Shown here one piece after another: positions 39,340 to 51,592 of a DNA stretch of 64,000 nt (positions are counted from its first letter, which is position 1; the number at the start of each line of letters is the position of its first letter). The notes beneath the pieces were generated by a model. It was not told where the DNA came from. It saw only the letters and a list, made by a program, of their open reading frames with translations, and did not search any database. A program made the position numbers and the translations under genes. Source of the stretch: Octopus sinensis (lineage: Eukaryota); the NCBI RefSeq assembly GCF_006345805.1, contig NC_043004.1:69750001-69814000 (forward strand), in the 5' to 3' direction.

Positions 39340-41378
39340 CTTCAGTAAAACAAACGGCAAATGATACATATTTAACAGAAAGTAACCCAGGGAGTTCAGG
39401 TCAAATTGTTTAGCTAAACAATATGAATGTGAATACACAATAGATGTGAGAAAAAGAGAAAAATATAATTTAGTATCAATCATTGTTTTTAGATAATGTC
39501 AAAACTCATTTTTGGATATCGATGTGGACAAAGGAGCATGATCAACAAACTGATGGTACCCCACTACATCAAAGATACCCATAAACAAACTTTCAACAGG
39601 TACCATGCCATTTTATAGTAACATCCATTTAACATTAATTCTCTTTTCAGAAATAGCTTTGGTGGTTTACTATTATTCAGTATTCACATCTTGTTTTGTC
39701 TGATTGATTGATTTAGACAGACATAGGCAGGCAGAGAGATGAAACAGATAGATGAGAAGACAAGACACAAAGAGAAAGAAAGACACACACACACACACAC
39801 CACACACACACACAGAAGACTTCTTCAAATTTCCTGAATAAATCCCATGCTCAATCTCCGTCTTGAATAAAGAAAGTCTTAATAATTATCAAGATGTCAC
39901 AAGATGAAACTGTTTACTTAGTCAATACCTCAACAATAAAACACAGAGAATCCCTCATTATTCTATGGACTGTGGGTTTTTTTGGTTTTCTTTTCTGTCA
40001 ATCCTGCTATGTATTAAACAGGTCAGCACACATCAGAATCATTTCTTTTTCCCAAATTATTATCTCCCAAGATGGATCACCAGGCCAAGTCTTAGTCATG
40101 CTTTCAATTTTCAGAACAAAGTAGAATATATTGGATATAGACAATACAGCAGCAATTCCAATCAACACTAAAACACCTCATGTCAATAATTACTGACATC
40201 TCAAATATTACTGCCCACCACAAAATCCAGTCCTTGTTGCAGTGTAATGGCTTATGTTACTCGATGACCCTCAGATCTATGTCAGCAGTGTCCAAGTTCC
40301 TGGTAGAACCTCCAATGCTGGACCAGTCAAAGGACAGGAGTCAGATTAATATGAACCACTTCTTTCTAGAGCTAAAAACGAGTTTGCATAGGACCAACAC
40401 CCCTAACTAGGAAAAAGCAAAGTTACAGAAGCATTGATGACAATTCAGAACCTAAAAGATCCTGAGAGAAGGTCCTTCCTCGGGGAGAAAAGATGACAGC
40501 AGTGGGAGCAAACCAATATTTTGCATAACATGTCAGGTTTTGACCTGGAACCCATAAGGGAAGAAAAGAGGACACCATTTAAGTAGTTGGGGGCAGGAGA
40601 CTGAAGTAGAGCTGAAAAGAAGAAGAGACAACAAGGGCAGAAGAGAAAAGTCATTGATGGACCTTTGCTCCACAGGAAGCAAAGGGCTTATGTAAGTAAT
40701 TATTACTACATTGTTGCGTGAAGAAAATGACAATACTGAAAGCTTTAACAATCTTTAGTATTATTTATGCTTGAGCAAGATTTATTACATAAGTTTGCCT
40801 TGCAACCACACAGTTTCAATTTCAGTTCCATGATATGGCACCTTGGGCAAGTGACACCCCAGACCAATATTTTTTAAGTGAATTATTTATGGTCAACAAC
40901 AGTGGGAAGTCTATATATGCATGTGAGGGTGAGTGTGTGAATGTTGACATTAAATGAGCAAAACGGTGATGTTAACAGCCCTTAATATTATGACTGATTG
41001 CTCTGCACTCTTCAAGACCTGTAAAATAAAACATCCCTTACTTGGAAAAACAGGTAAAGGTCAGCAACAAGAGTAGCATCCAGCTGTAAAGTCCTACCTC
41101 AAATATGTTCCCACCCAAAAGACAAGCAGTTTATCAAACAAACGACTAAATGAACAAAGAAATTATATCTGGCAGTGATTGCAGGATCAACACTAATTGG
41201 AATCTGTATCATATATAAGAATGCATGTCAGGGAAATGTGTCCTGTGTTAATTTTGACATCACACATGCTCCTTACTCTTAAATAAGCCAAAAAGACCAA
41301 TAAATTTTTTTATCCTTACATATTGATAATCTAGGCATTAGAGGATTAAATGGCTACAGAGAAACTCTTAATACTTAC

Positions 41379-41561
41379 AAGATCAGCCAACAAAGCTTTG
41401 AAATGCTGAATGGCTTCATCTTTCTTGTGTTGTTCTCGTTCTTTGTCTCGCTCTCGGAGAGAATTAGATAGTGTCCGTTGGACTTCCTTCTCTCGTTCTC
41501 TTAGACTGGCTTCAACACGTTCTTGTTTTTCCCTTTGCTTACGATCTTCGTCATCTGATTC
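41379..41561 (-). CDS. TCERG1: TCERG1 exon ESDDEDRKQREKQERVEASLREREKEV...EAIQHFKALLADL (linker and start of FF4)
   Basis: EASLRERE.EV and EAIQ.FKALL conserved; acceptor ttccgtgaag, donor ctt|gtaagt. Confidence 0.95.
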
Positions 41562-41879
41562 CTTCACGGAAAAAATAACAATAAGAAAAAGCTTGATAAG
41601 TTAATCACACTCACAATATTGACACTGACATCAGAATAAAAGTTCTGTTTTTGAATTCATATTCCGGTGGCACATAAAAGGCACCTGGCACCCTCTGCTA
41701 AGTGGTTGGTGTTAGGAAGGACATCCACCTGTAGAAACCATACCACAACAGACAGCTAGAATCGAAACAATTCCCTACTAGCCAGCCCCATGTCAAACCG
41801 TCCGACCCATGCCAGCATAGAGACTGGATAATAAACAATGATGATGATGATAATTCCCATAAAAAACATGATGGGTCTG

Positions 41880-42257
41880 AAAGGAGTGGCTGTGGGGTAA
41901 GTAGCTTGCTTACTAACCACATGGTTCCAGGTTCAGTCCCACTGCATGGCACCTTGGGTAAGTAAGTGTCTTCTACTATAGCCTCGGGCCGACCAAAGCC
42001 TTGAGTGGATTTGGTAGACAGAAACTGAAAGAAGCCCATCGTATATATGTATATATTGTGTATCTGTGTTTGTCTCCCCAACATCACTTGACAACCAATG
42101 CTGGTGTGTTTAGGTCCCTGTAACTTAGCAGTTCGGCAAAAGAGACCGACAGAATAAGTACTGGGCTTACAAAGAATAAGTCCTGGGGTTGATTTGATTC
42201 AACTAAAGGCGGTGCTCCAGCATGGCCACAGTCAAATGACTGAAACAAGTAAAAGAA
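41880..42257 (+). mobile_element. SINE family A, full length; older copies near 11230, 16330, 37930, 46300, 56085 and 63140
   Basis: Same consensus. Confidence 0.85.
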
Positions 42258-42976
42258 TCTTTGTACAGACCTATATTTAGCACAACTAAACTGTAATGAA
42301 ACAAAGAAAAAACCTGTATGTAATCACTAGTAAAAAATATCTATCAAATGGCAGTGCCCCAGCATGGCCACAGCTCATGAGCTGAAACTAGATAAAATTT
42401 TAAAAAATAAAAAATCTTTTTCCCAAACCACATTCCACTATCCTCAATAAGAACACGTATTAAATAATGTAATCCTATATGCTCCTAAAAACACATATTT
42501 GTCATGTTTGAATGTCTCTGATCATACATAGGAATGCACTAACCAAGTCAACGGAAGGTCAAATAACAACTAAATTATCAAGCAGGGGTATTGTGTGTCA
42601 TCATCATTTTGAAGTTCATTTTCCCATGTCTGCACCAGTCAGACAGAATTCAATGAGACAGATTCTCTACAACTGAATACCTTATCTCCACCTATTTCCA
42701 AGCAAAGTAATATTTCTCCAAAGTCAGATATGCTTAACATGGAAGATGAGAAATTAACATTGCTTATGTGACAGTGACACCAGTTTGCAAACAACCATCA
42801 GGCGTTGTTGTTAGGACAAGGACAGAGACAATCCATTCAACAGGCATCTATAATGTCTATCCAATTTCATTGTCATCAGTTTCAGTTAACCCAAGTCCTA
42901 TGATAGTAAACACCTACACAGTAGGATCGAACCTAGAACCTTGAGATACAGAAGTAAACTTAATTACTGTGTCACG

Positions 42977-42979
<3 letters not shown>

Positions 42980-43037
<58 letters not shown>
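42980..43037. repeat. Pure (CT)n microsatellite
   Basis: Direct reading. Confidence 0.95.
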
Positions 43038-43042
<5 letters not shown>

Positions 43043-43990
43043 ACAAATCATACCTCAATCATCATCAAAATCAGATTAAAGGAAGTCAGGCCAGATTTGA
43101 GCTTTCAATCTCTATCAAATACCTTTCTGTATATTGAGCATTGTTCTTAACCTATGATTCTGAAATGACAATGAAGTGAGTAGCAATTCTACGATGATAG
43201 GGAAGTTTTTACTGAAAACTATATATTAAAACTAACCTCTAACACCAAAACTAGTCTTCTATTGCAAGCAGGTATGACTTAAGTGATTACATAGTTATGA
43301 GCAAAGACCTTCTCAGCACTTTTCCTCTTGCCCCAGTGGAATACCTGGGAGGTGACTGCTTGAAGGATTGAGTGGGGTTTGCACCAACACTAGGCAAGTA
43401 GTTATTTTCAGTTGAATAAACAGGAGCAATGTCATATTATTTGCCTTACTAAAAACACAACATGCTACCCAGTCCAATAATTGAACCTACAACCTCATGG
43501 TAAGTCCAACACCTTAGCAACTAAACCACATGCCAACATAATGCATTGCCCTCCCCTATATAGTCTTGTACCTCCACCTTCCCACACTCCTGGATCCCCT
43601 GCCCCACTCACTTCTACCCTTTAGGGTTTACCCTCACACCTCATCACCACTATTTTATCTCTTCATAATTTCACCCAGATCACTCCCACCTTCTCTTCTA
43701 AAATCTAAGTAGGTGTGTAGCTCCTTTACAGCAAGAAACCTGTTCTGCTCTGGCCCCTTTGCTCATACATTAACCCTTCACCTCCAAGCACAAACCCACT
43801 CGCTTAGGATTATTAGCTTTGCAAGCTACATGCTGACCTAAATACACACTGTGAAGTGGTTGGCATCAGGAAGGTCACCAAACTGTAAAACTCGTGCCAG
43901 AGCAGACGCAAGAACATGATGCATTCTTGGACACATTGAATCCTGTCAAACCATCCAATCATTACCAATGCAGACCAAGGATGTCAAATG

Positions 43991-44209
43991 ATAATCCTTT
44001 CTACTATAGACACAAGGCCTGAAATTTTGGGAGCAGGAACTAGTCGATTACATCAACCCCAGTGTTGCATGGGTACTTAATTTATCGACCCTGAAAGAAT
44101 GAAAGGCTAAGTCGACCTTGGTGGAATTTGAACTCAGAACGCAAAGATGGATGAAATGCCACTAAGCATTTTGCCCAGCATGCTAACGATTCTGCCAGCT
44201 CCCTGCCTT
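43991..44209 (-). mobile_element. SINE family B variant
   Basis: Reverse complement of the family B head and core. Confidence 0.75.
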
Positions 44210-44271
44210 TGGGTGTCAAATGATAATGACATTCACGTACAATTAATTTAATGAGAAAAAGATTGAATTAC

Positions 44272-44439
44272 CTCCTCCATGTTTTTCACATAATCTCGGA
44301 ACCAGTCCTCTCGACGAGAACTACTTTCCACAGCTTTATATCTAGGATCGGAATCGATCTTTTTCTTGATTTCACTCCAGCGAGAATTACGTTCAATAAT
44401 TGAAGTCTCTTTCAGAAGCTGCATAAACTCGGCTTTCAA
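44272..44439 (-). CDS. TCERG1: TCERG1 FF3 exon LKAEFMQLLKETSIIERNSRWSEIKKKIDSDPRYKAVESSSRREDWFRDYVKNMEE
   Basis: ttacag acceptor, gag|gtaatt donor, 168 nt; W..K..DPRY..R..F signature. Confidence 0.97.
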
Positions 44440-46462
44440 CTGTAACGGAAAAACACTAAGATCAAGCCAGGCATATCAACTGAGTGGGAAGCAGAGAAAA
44501 AACTGAAAGAGAGCTGCACCACGCATATTATTTATTCACTGACATAAGGGACACAACTGACATGTTTAGCTGTGGAGAAATATATTATAGATAAAACAGC
44601 AAGGTTGAATTTTGTTATTAGTGCATGTATTGGTATGTGTGAGTGCATATGTGTATGTAGGAGTGAATGAGTGAGTGTGCACACATATTTCTGTAGAGAA
44701 ACAAGTTGAAATTCAAATTAAAAGCATTTTTCTTTCTTCTTCATTCTCATTTAATGTGAAAATATATTTGGATAATTCTCAAATATTGTCACAATGGTCA
44801 TGTTGCTGGTGCCACAATTAAGAAGAGAGGCAGCTGAGCAACAGTGCATAGCACAATTTATACAACTATACACAAAACAGCAATCAGAACAAATTAAACA
44901 ATGTTTAAGAAACAAAAGTCAAGTAAAATACCTGACCATGGTATTATATGTATAAACAATGTCTTGACAAATGTTAGGAGGGGAGAGAATCAGCTCTGAC
45001 CAATGGAACAGTGAATTTAGAGGCTGTATGATGACAGTGGAATAGCAAAAACGAAGAAAAAAAATATAACTCATCGTTTCACTTAGAACTAACTACAGAA
45101 TTTTAAATCCAAATGATTACAAACAGTAATGATTCTGTCAGACTAATTCTAAAAAGCTGAAAAGTAAAGAAAATTAAAAACAAAATCACACACATACAAA
45201 AATAAAAATAATCCCTAATATTTGTTACAAGAAAATAAACAATATAGCAATGGTAGCTTGTAAATTATATTTTACAAGAAAAAACAAAATGATCTTTTTT
45301 ACAAATTGAGATCTAAATGAACTTATTTGTCACCCATTTCTCCCAATATTTAAAAAGAAATTTCTATGTTCAAATCCATGAGAACGAAATCCATCATCAA
45401 CGAATATATCAATACCTGGCAAAACAACTTTTAGAAAGATAAAACTGAAATCAACAAAATTGAAGGAAATTATCTCAAATACTAGTTTCACGGTTGAACT
45501 GCCTATTAAAATGAATATGGGATGATTCCAAGCTATAAGAAATTAGTTAAAAACAATAGCATGAGCTACAAATTTTAAATTTGAATCCTAAGAAACACAG
45601 ACTGCATGTTACTGAAGTTAGCATTGCTATATTCCGTAGTTTCATACAAGCCTTCACTGAAACAGCCAGAGGTCAAAACGTAAGCTTCTCTTATCGGTTA
45701 ATTGAAGGAAAATGTGATAAGATGTCCAATGATGCTGAGAGAAATTATAATTTAAATCAACAAAACCATATAAATGAAATGCTTATGAAAGATGAAGGGG
45801 AAATAATAACAGTGAAGTAAATGCCTTGTAAACCTAACTTCTCAAGACTGAATGGAAATGATACTCAAACGAACTTTGTCTCAACTGACTTATTAAAGAA
45901 TGAAGAAGGAAGGCAAAAATGTTAGATCACCGGATAAAATGCCATGCACTGTTTGTTCAAATTCTTTGCATTGGGGGCCAATAAAATAAAGTACGAGTCA
46001 AGTTCTGAGGTAAATTAATTTCACTATTCTCCCTTCACCCCAGCTGCCATTCCCATCACCAAAATTTCACACCTTTTAAGTTACAAACAATTTGAGACAG
46101 TGATTTGGCAGAATCATAAGAGAGTCAAACCACTTTAGCAATATTTGATCTATTTACATTGTGAGTTCAAATCCCACGGAGGACAACACTGCCTTTCATT
46201 ACTCCAGGGATATGAAAGTACTAGTCATGCTCTGGTGTTAATATAATCAAATTTGTTTGCTTTGTGCATAAATTACAAAGATAAACAAATACACACAAGC
46301 GTGGCTGCGTGCTAAGAAGCTTACTTCCCAACATCACAGTTCCAGGTTCAGTCCCACAGTGTGGCCCCTTGGACAAGTGTCTTCTACTATAGCCCTGGGC
46401 TGGCCAAAGCCATGTGAGTGGGTTTGGTAGACAGAACCTGAAAGAAGCCCATCGTGTGTGTA

Positions 46463-46497
<35 letters not shown>

Positions 46498-47160
46498 GCG
46501 TGTGTATCTATATGTGTGTTCTGTCCTCCCATCAGTGCTTGACAACAACTGTTGGTTTGTTTATGTCCCCATAACTTAGCAGTTCGACAAGAGACCAAAC
46601 AAAAAGTACTAGGCTCAAGAAAAAGTCCCGGGGGTGGTTTGTTCAACTAAAACCCTCCAAAGTGGTGTTCTAGCATGGCTGCAGTCAGATGACTGAAACA
46701 AGTTAAAGAATAACGGAATAAAAGAATAATTACAGCTGTGGTTGTTTCTTCGTGGTACAGTTGCTTTATACCATGGATTGTAGAACGGACAGAAAAAGCA
46801 ATGGAACTCATTCATGTTTTGAGTGAGGTAAACAAATCGAAATTATAATTGAAGTTGTAATGTATAACAATCACATAACTCCAAATTATGTAACCACAAT
46901 TACTATTAATTACAGGTGAAGCACACCTGACCCAAAATCTACATTTAGTTAATAATTATTCACTAGAGAAAAATTTAAAAAATTTTTTAAATCCTTCTCT
47001 GTTCAAATCAATGCCTGATATTCAGATTAGTCCCACTGTTTATAGCTGACACTGCAAAGCTGTAAACAGAGACACACAGACAGACAGACACTACCTGCCA
47101 ATTAAAATGAGCAACTCAAGTAATGAAAGATATAGTAAAATATATAGGAACTCCTGTAAT

Positions 47161-47334
47161 TATGTGTGTGTGTATATCACACACACACACACATCTACAT
47201 ACATATGTATGTACGTACATATATATACTTTTATATATTTATGTATATATACACACACACGTACATATGTATACACACATGTACATACATATATATATAT
47301 ATATATATCTACACACACACATATATATATATCT

Positions 47335-47392
<58 letters not shown>

Positions 47393-47440
47393 ACATTATA
47401 CACACACACACACACACACACGTGTACATATATACATACA
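47161..47440. repeat. Compound (CA)n/(TA)n/(TG)n microsatellite
   Basis: Direct reading. Confidence 0.9.
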
Positions 47441-47442
47441 TA

Positions 47443-47666
47443 TGAAGGGGTGCTGAAAAATTCCTGGCTTTCAGGGTATTGCAAAAGACCTGGTTAGAAG
47501 TTCAACCTTTAAAATTTCTTTTACAGGGCTTAGAAAAACTGAAGAACTATTGCACCAAGAGTGTGAGTCTGAGAGGGGAATATGTTGAACAAAATCATTA
47601 ATCAACAGACCCTACTGCACTTTTTTTTTTTGTACACAAAGCTAAAAACTTTTCAGCACCCTCTCA
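47443..47666 (+). mobile_element. Mariner-derived MITE; second copy at 27685-27883
   Basis: GGGGTGCTGAAAA / TTTTCAGCACCC TIRs, TA flanks, residual GLEKL..RGEYVE transposase end. Confidence 0.75.
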
Positions 47667-48947
47667 TGCATATACACGTGTGTGCGTGCATGTGTGTGTG
47701 TATAAATATATATATATTCATGTATGTGTATATAGCAAAACCCAGAAATAAAATTTCCTATAATTTCCACCCATCAAGAGAAATTCAGTTTATTTTACGA
47801 ACTGCTCCAAAGCAACTGCCAAATACCACCACAGGCTTCACACCAATAGCAAAGTCATATTCATGAGAGGTACTGTTTTACAGCTTTCTCAAGCAGTGGC
47901 CAACAGTTTTAAAGCTTTAATATAGAGTAGAAATCAAAAGACATACAAGTCGCTAATTATAACAGCCAAACAATATCAAACAGTGAACAGACTCACATAC
48001 CAGCAATAAACATTGCTGTTGAGAGTGGGGGAGAAAAACCAAAAGTTTTCTAACATATTAACCAGTTTCCTAATAAGTCTCCAACTGAAGACAAAAACTG
48101 TCCAATAAAACTCTATATAGACCAAATAACAAAGTGAAATTCTATCCCCATAAAAAACATAATAAATCTTTTTTTTTTATATAACATTTTATAAACAGTC
48201 TACACAAAATAGACTTATTTATTCATTTCCTACCTGCTTCATTAGAAGAGATTTTTTTAAACCATTTTTCTTCAAAGAAATATCTGTTTTTAAGTCAATG
48301 ATTGTTAAACTTCTCAGACTATAAGCAAAAGGTAAAAAAAAATTACAAAATGAAATCAAGAACACCGAGTAACTGATAATAGTAGTAGTAGTGGTAAAGC
48401 TAACAACAGAGAAGAAAATCATTTTACAGAATTCATTACAATTAGGCAGTTGTTTGTAACGATTCATAAACATGTCTATTCTTGAGCATGACTTTTTAAG
48501 AACACTGTTTTCACACCACAAAGTACTGAATATATTTCAAAAAGTAGAGTGCTGTTATTTTTTTTTTTTGTCCCTTTTATAGAATTAATTCACTTTGCAG
48601 TTCCATGGGATTCATGTTCACAACTAATAATGAATAAGACTGAAATAGCATTAAATTGGTGTGTATGTTTCAATGTATGTGTATGAGTAAGTGTGTGTAT
48701 ATACCACATCAACATTTAATATCTGTTTTCCATGGTGCATGGGTTGAATGATTTGAGAGAAGAGGGCAAGGCCAGGAGCTACACCATGTTCCATTTTTTG
48801 TTTTCGCAAGGTTACTACAGTTGGATGCCCTTCCTAATGCTAACCACTTCACGGTGTGCCTTTTATGTGGCACTAGTGCTTTTTAGTGCCATACACACGC
48901 ACACCCACAGATATGCACACAGACACATGCATGTATCATTTTATGTA

Positions 48948-49742
48948 TTGGGTCATCCCATAAAGAACGTGGGTTTTTTTTCTCAACTGCATGAACTAAA
49001 AGTCAGAGAGAGACAGGATAAACTACCTGCATCAACTTGCTATAAAAGCAGGCAGTAATTTTACCTTCTACTTATTCTTAGTGCAAGTTTTGAAGAGTGC
49101 AGTTTGATTTTAACAATTATTTTTTCAAAGCTATAATGGAAGTGACAAAGGAACATGTTCAGCATATTTTGCTTTATGAGTTCAATAAAGGCAACAACAC
49201 AATGGAAAGTGTGAGGAATATTAATGCAGTATATGGGGATTGGACAGTAAGCTTAAGTCAGTGTCAATGGTTGTCTCAGAAATTCCGAGTGGAAAACTAC
49301 AGCCTAGAAAGTGACCCTTATCCTGGAAGATCTGTTGAGTTCAAAGAGGATGTCCTGCAAACCCTGGTGGAACAAAATCCCATCGTAACTGTTAAAGAAC
49401 TAGCAGAGAAGCTTGGATTTGGTCATTCAACTATTCGTTCAACACTTGCATTCCATTGGAAAAGTCAGCCAATTGGGTCATTGGGTTCCTCACTAACTTT
49501 CCAAAGTCTAATCGCATGCAGAGAGTGAATGTGTGCTCTTCTTTGCTGTTATATCTCACGAATGAACTCATTTTGGACCAAATAGCAACTGGTGATGAGA
49601 AATGGGTTCTCTATAAAAATGTTAAGCGCCAAAGACAGTGGGTAGGGAAATGCAAAACACCGGCACTCCAGGCTAAAGAAGGCTTTCACCCACTTAAGGT
49701 GTTTTTATCTGTTTGGTGGGATATGAAAGGTTTAGTCCACCT
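48948..49742 (+). pseudogene. Decayed, 3'-truncated mariner transposon
   Basis: TA + TTGGGTCATCCCATAAAG TIR; ATG at 49136, HTH region, WVPH*L (WVPHEL with a stop), TGDEKWVLY and VWWDMKG motifs spread over three frames. Confidence 0.92.
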
Positions 49743-51109
49743 CTAATCTTTAACTTCAATTTCTACAAAGACAGCTTTCTTTTCTGTGGAAAGGTGGTTT
49801 CCATAAAGCTTCGGAATTAGTTATGCTGTTGGATAAATAAAACTATTTATCTACACTTTTCTTTCATTCAATGTTGTTGTTTTTATTTTTAAGGACACTT
49901 AAAGATATTGTGCGTGTCAGGGTTTCTGACAGAGTCCCTATTGCTTTCATTTGAAAAATATTCATTTGAAAAATATTCAGGTCTTCCTGCAAGCCGTGTG
50001 TGTATGTGTTTCATATTGACAAAGAAAGCCCTAAGAAACTAAGGTAAGTTTAACTAACATGACATTAACAGAGAAAACACAAAGAAACTGATAACACAAT
50101 TTTACAGAATATCTAAGGCTACCCAGGAAGTACTTTAAAGAACCTTAATAATATCGGCTAACATTTGTAGAAAAATTAATTGACTTTGATATTTCGATAT
50201 TCATTTATTCTTTTGCTATTTAAAAAGGAGCAGGAGATTGTAGTTACACGCGTACCAACTTTAAAGTTACCTATTTCTAACAATATCGATGTAGGGAGAA
50301 AATAACAAAAACAAAAAATTTTTTTTAATTTGGCAATATACAAATTACACCAAAAATATGAAGATTTCAATATCAAAAGAAAAGGAGAGTTTTTCATTTT
50401 TTTTTTTCCCCTTTTCTTTTCTTTTGATTAAAATCCAAGTGAAGGCCAAAATATTTCTGAAAAACAAAAATGATTACAGTATTGGCAGCTCTCAGCTTTA
50501 CTCAGCTGTCTCTGGCCTGTGCTTTGGTTGAAGTTTTAATTGTAGAAGAAATAATAATAATAATAATATTCAATGAGATTCAAAGATTTCTACAGTTATA
50601 GACAAAAAGAAGCATTTTCTATTGTGGGTAATTTTGAAATTACTATTGTTTTCTCAACAGCTATGAGTTTAGTTTTTGTATGTATATATATTGTGTGAAA
50701 TAGTCTTGATGCCAACATATGTTAAGTTTATATGTACTTTTTCTTATTCAATAAATGAAAGTTTTAAATAAAACAAGGTAATACTTTGCATATTATCAGA
50801 TGAATATGATCAAATTCAATATTATCAAAAGTAGTTGATTTTGTTTTTACTCTCTTTATCAATTTGAAATTTTACAACTTGCTCATTTGTACTTAATTTG
50901 ATTGTCATTACAAACCGTAAAGATTGGAATGCAATTTTACGGTTGTTCTTATTGCAAATGTATGCTAATAACAAGTACAAAATAATTTTTAATCATTTTC
51001 GTTATATAAAATTACTCTTCAATGAGTTATATGTAGAAATAAATAAAATGCAATTTAATTGAATTTCTTTTATGTAAAAAAAAAAAACGTTTTCAATTAT
51101 CCTAGCCCA

Positions 51110-51592
51110 AATGCATATATATGTACACATGTATGTGTATATATATATATATACATACATACACATATATAAACATACATACATGTGTAAAAATATACAC
51201 ATATATACATTAACACACACACAAACTTGTATACATATGCATATACATACACATATATACACACAAATATAGACATACAAACATATATATATACATAGAC
51301 TTCTGCATACATAACTACATGCATAACATCTACACACATACACATATGTACATAAATATATGCACATACATAAGCAAATATGCACACACATATGCATACG
51401 TACACATATACACAGACACAGATATATATACACACATACCTACATATGTAAATACATACATATACATATGTATATACATATATGTACATATATGCATATG
51501 TACATACATACATTATACATATACATGCATACATGCATGCATACATACATACATACATACATGTATGTATATTTGCATGCATGTATATATGT
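51110..51592. repeat. Degenerate (CATA/TA/CA)n microsatellite
   Basis: Direct reading. Confidence 0.9.

Noticed and set aside
47107-47497. Stack of ORFs on both strands
   Set aside because: CA/TA/TG microsatellite lacking stop codons
50041-50049. Perfect + strand donor AAG|GTAAGT (also CAG|GTGAGT at 63611) hinting at an antisense transcript
   Set aside because: Isolated 9-mers are expected by chance in 64 kb; no supporting exon
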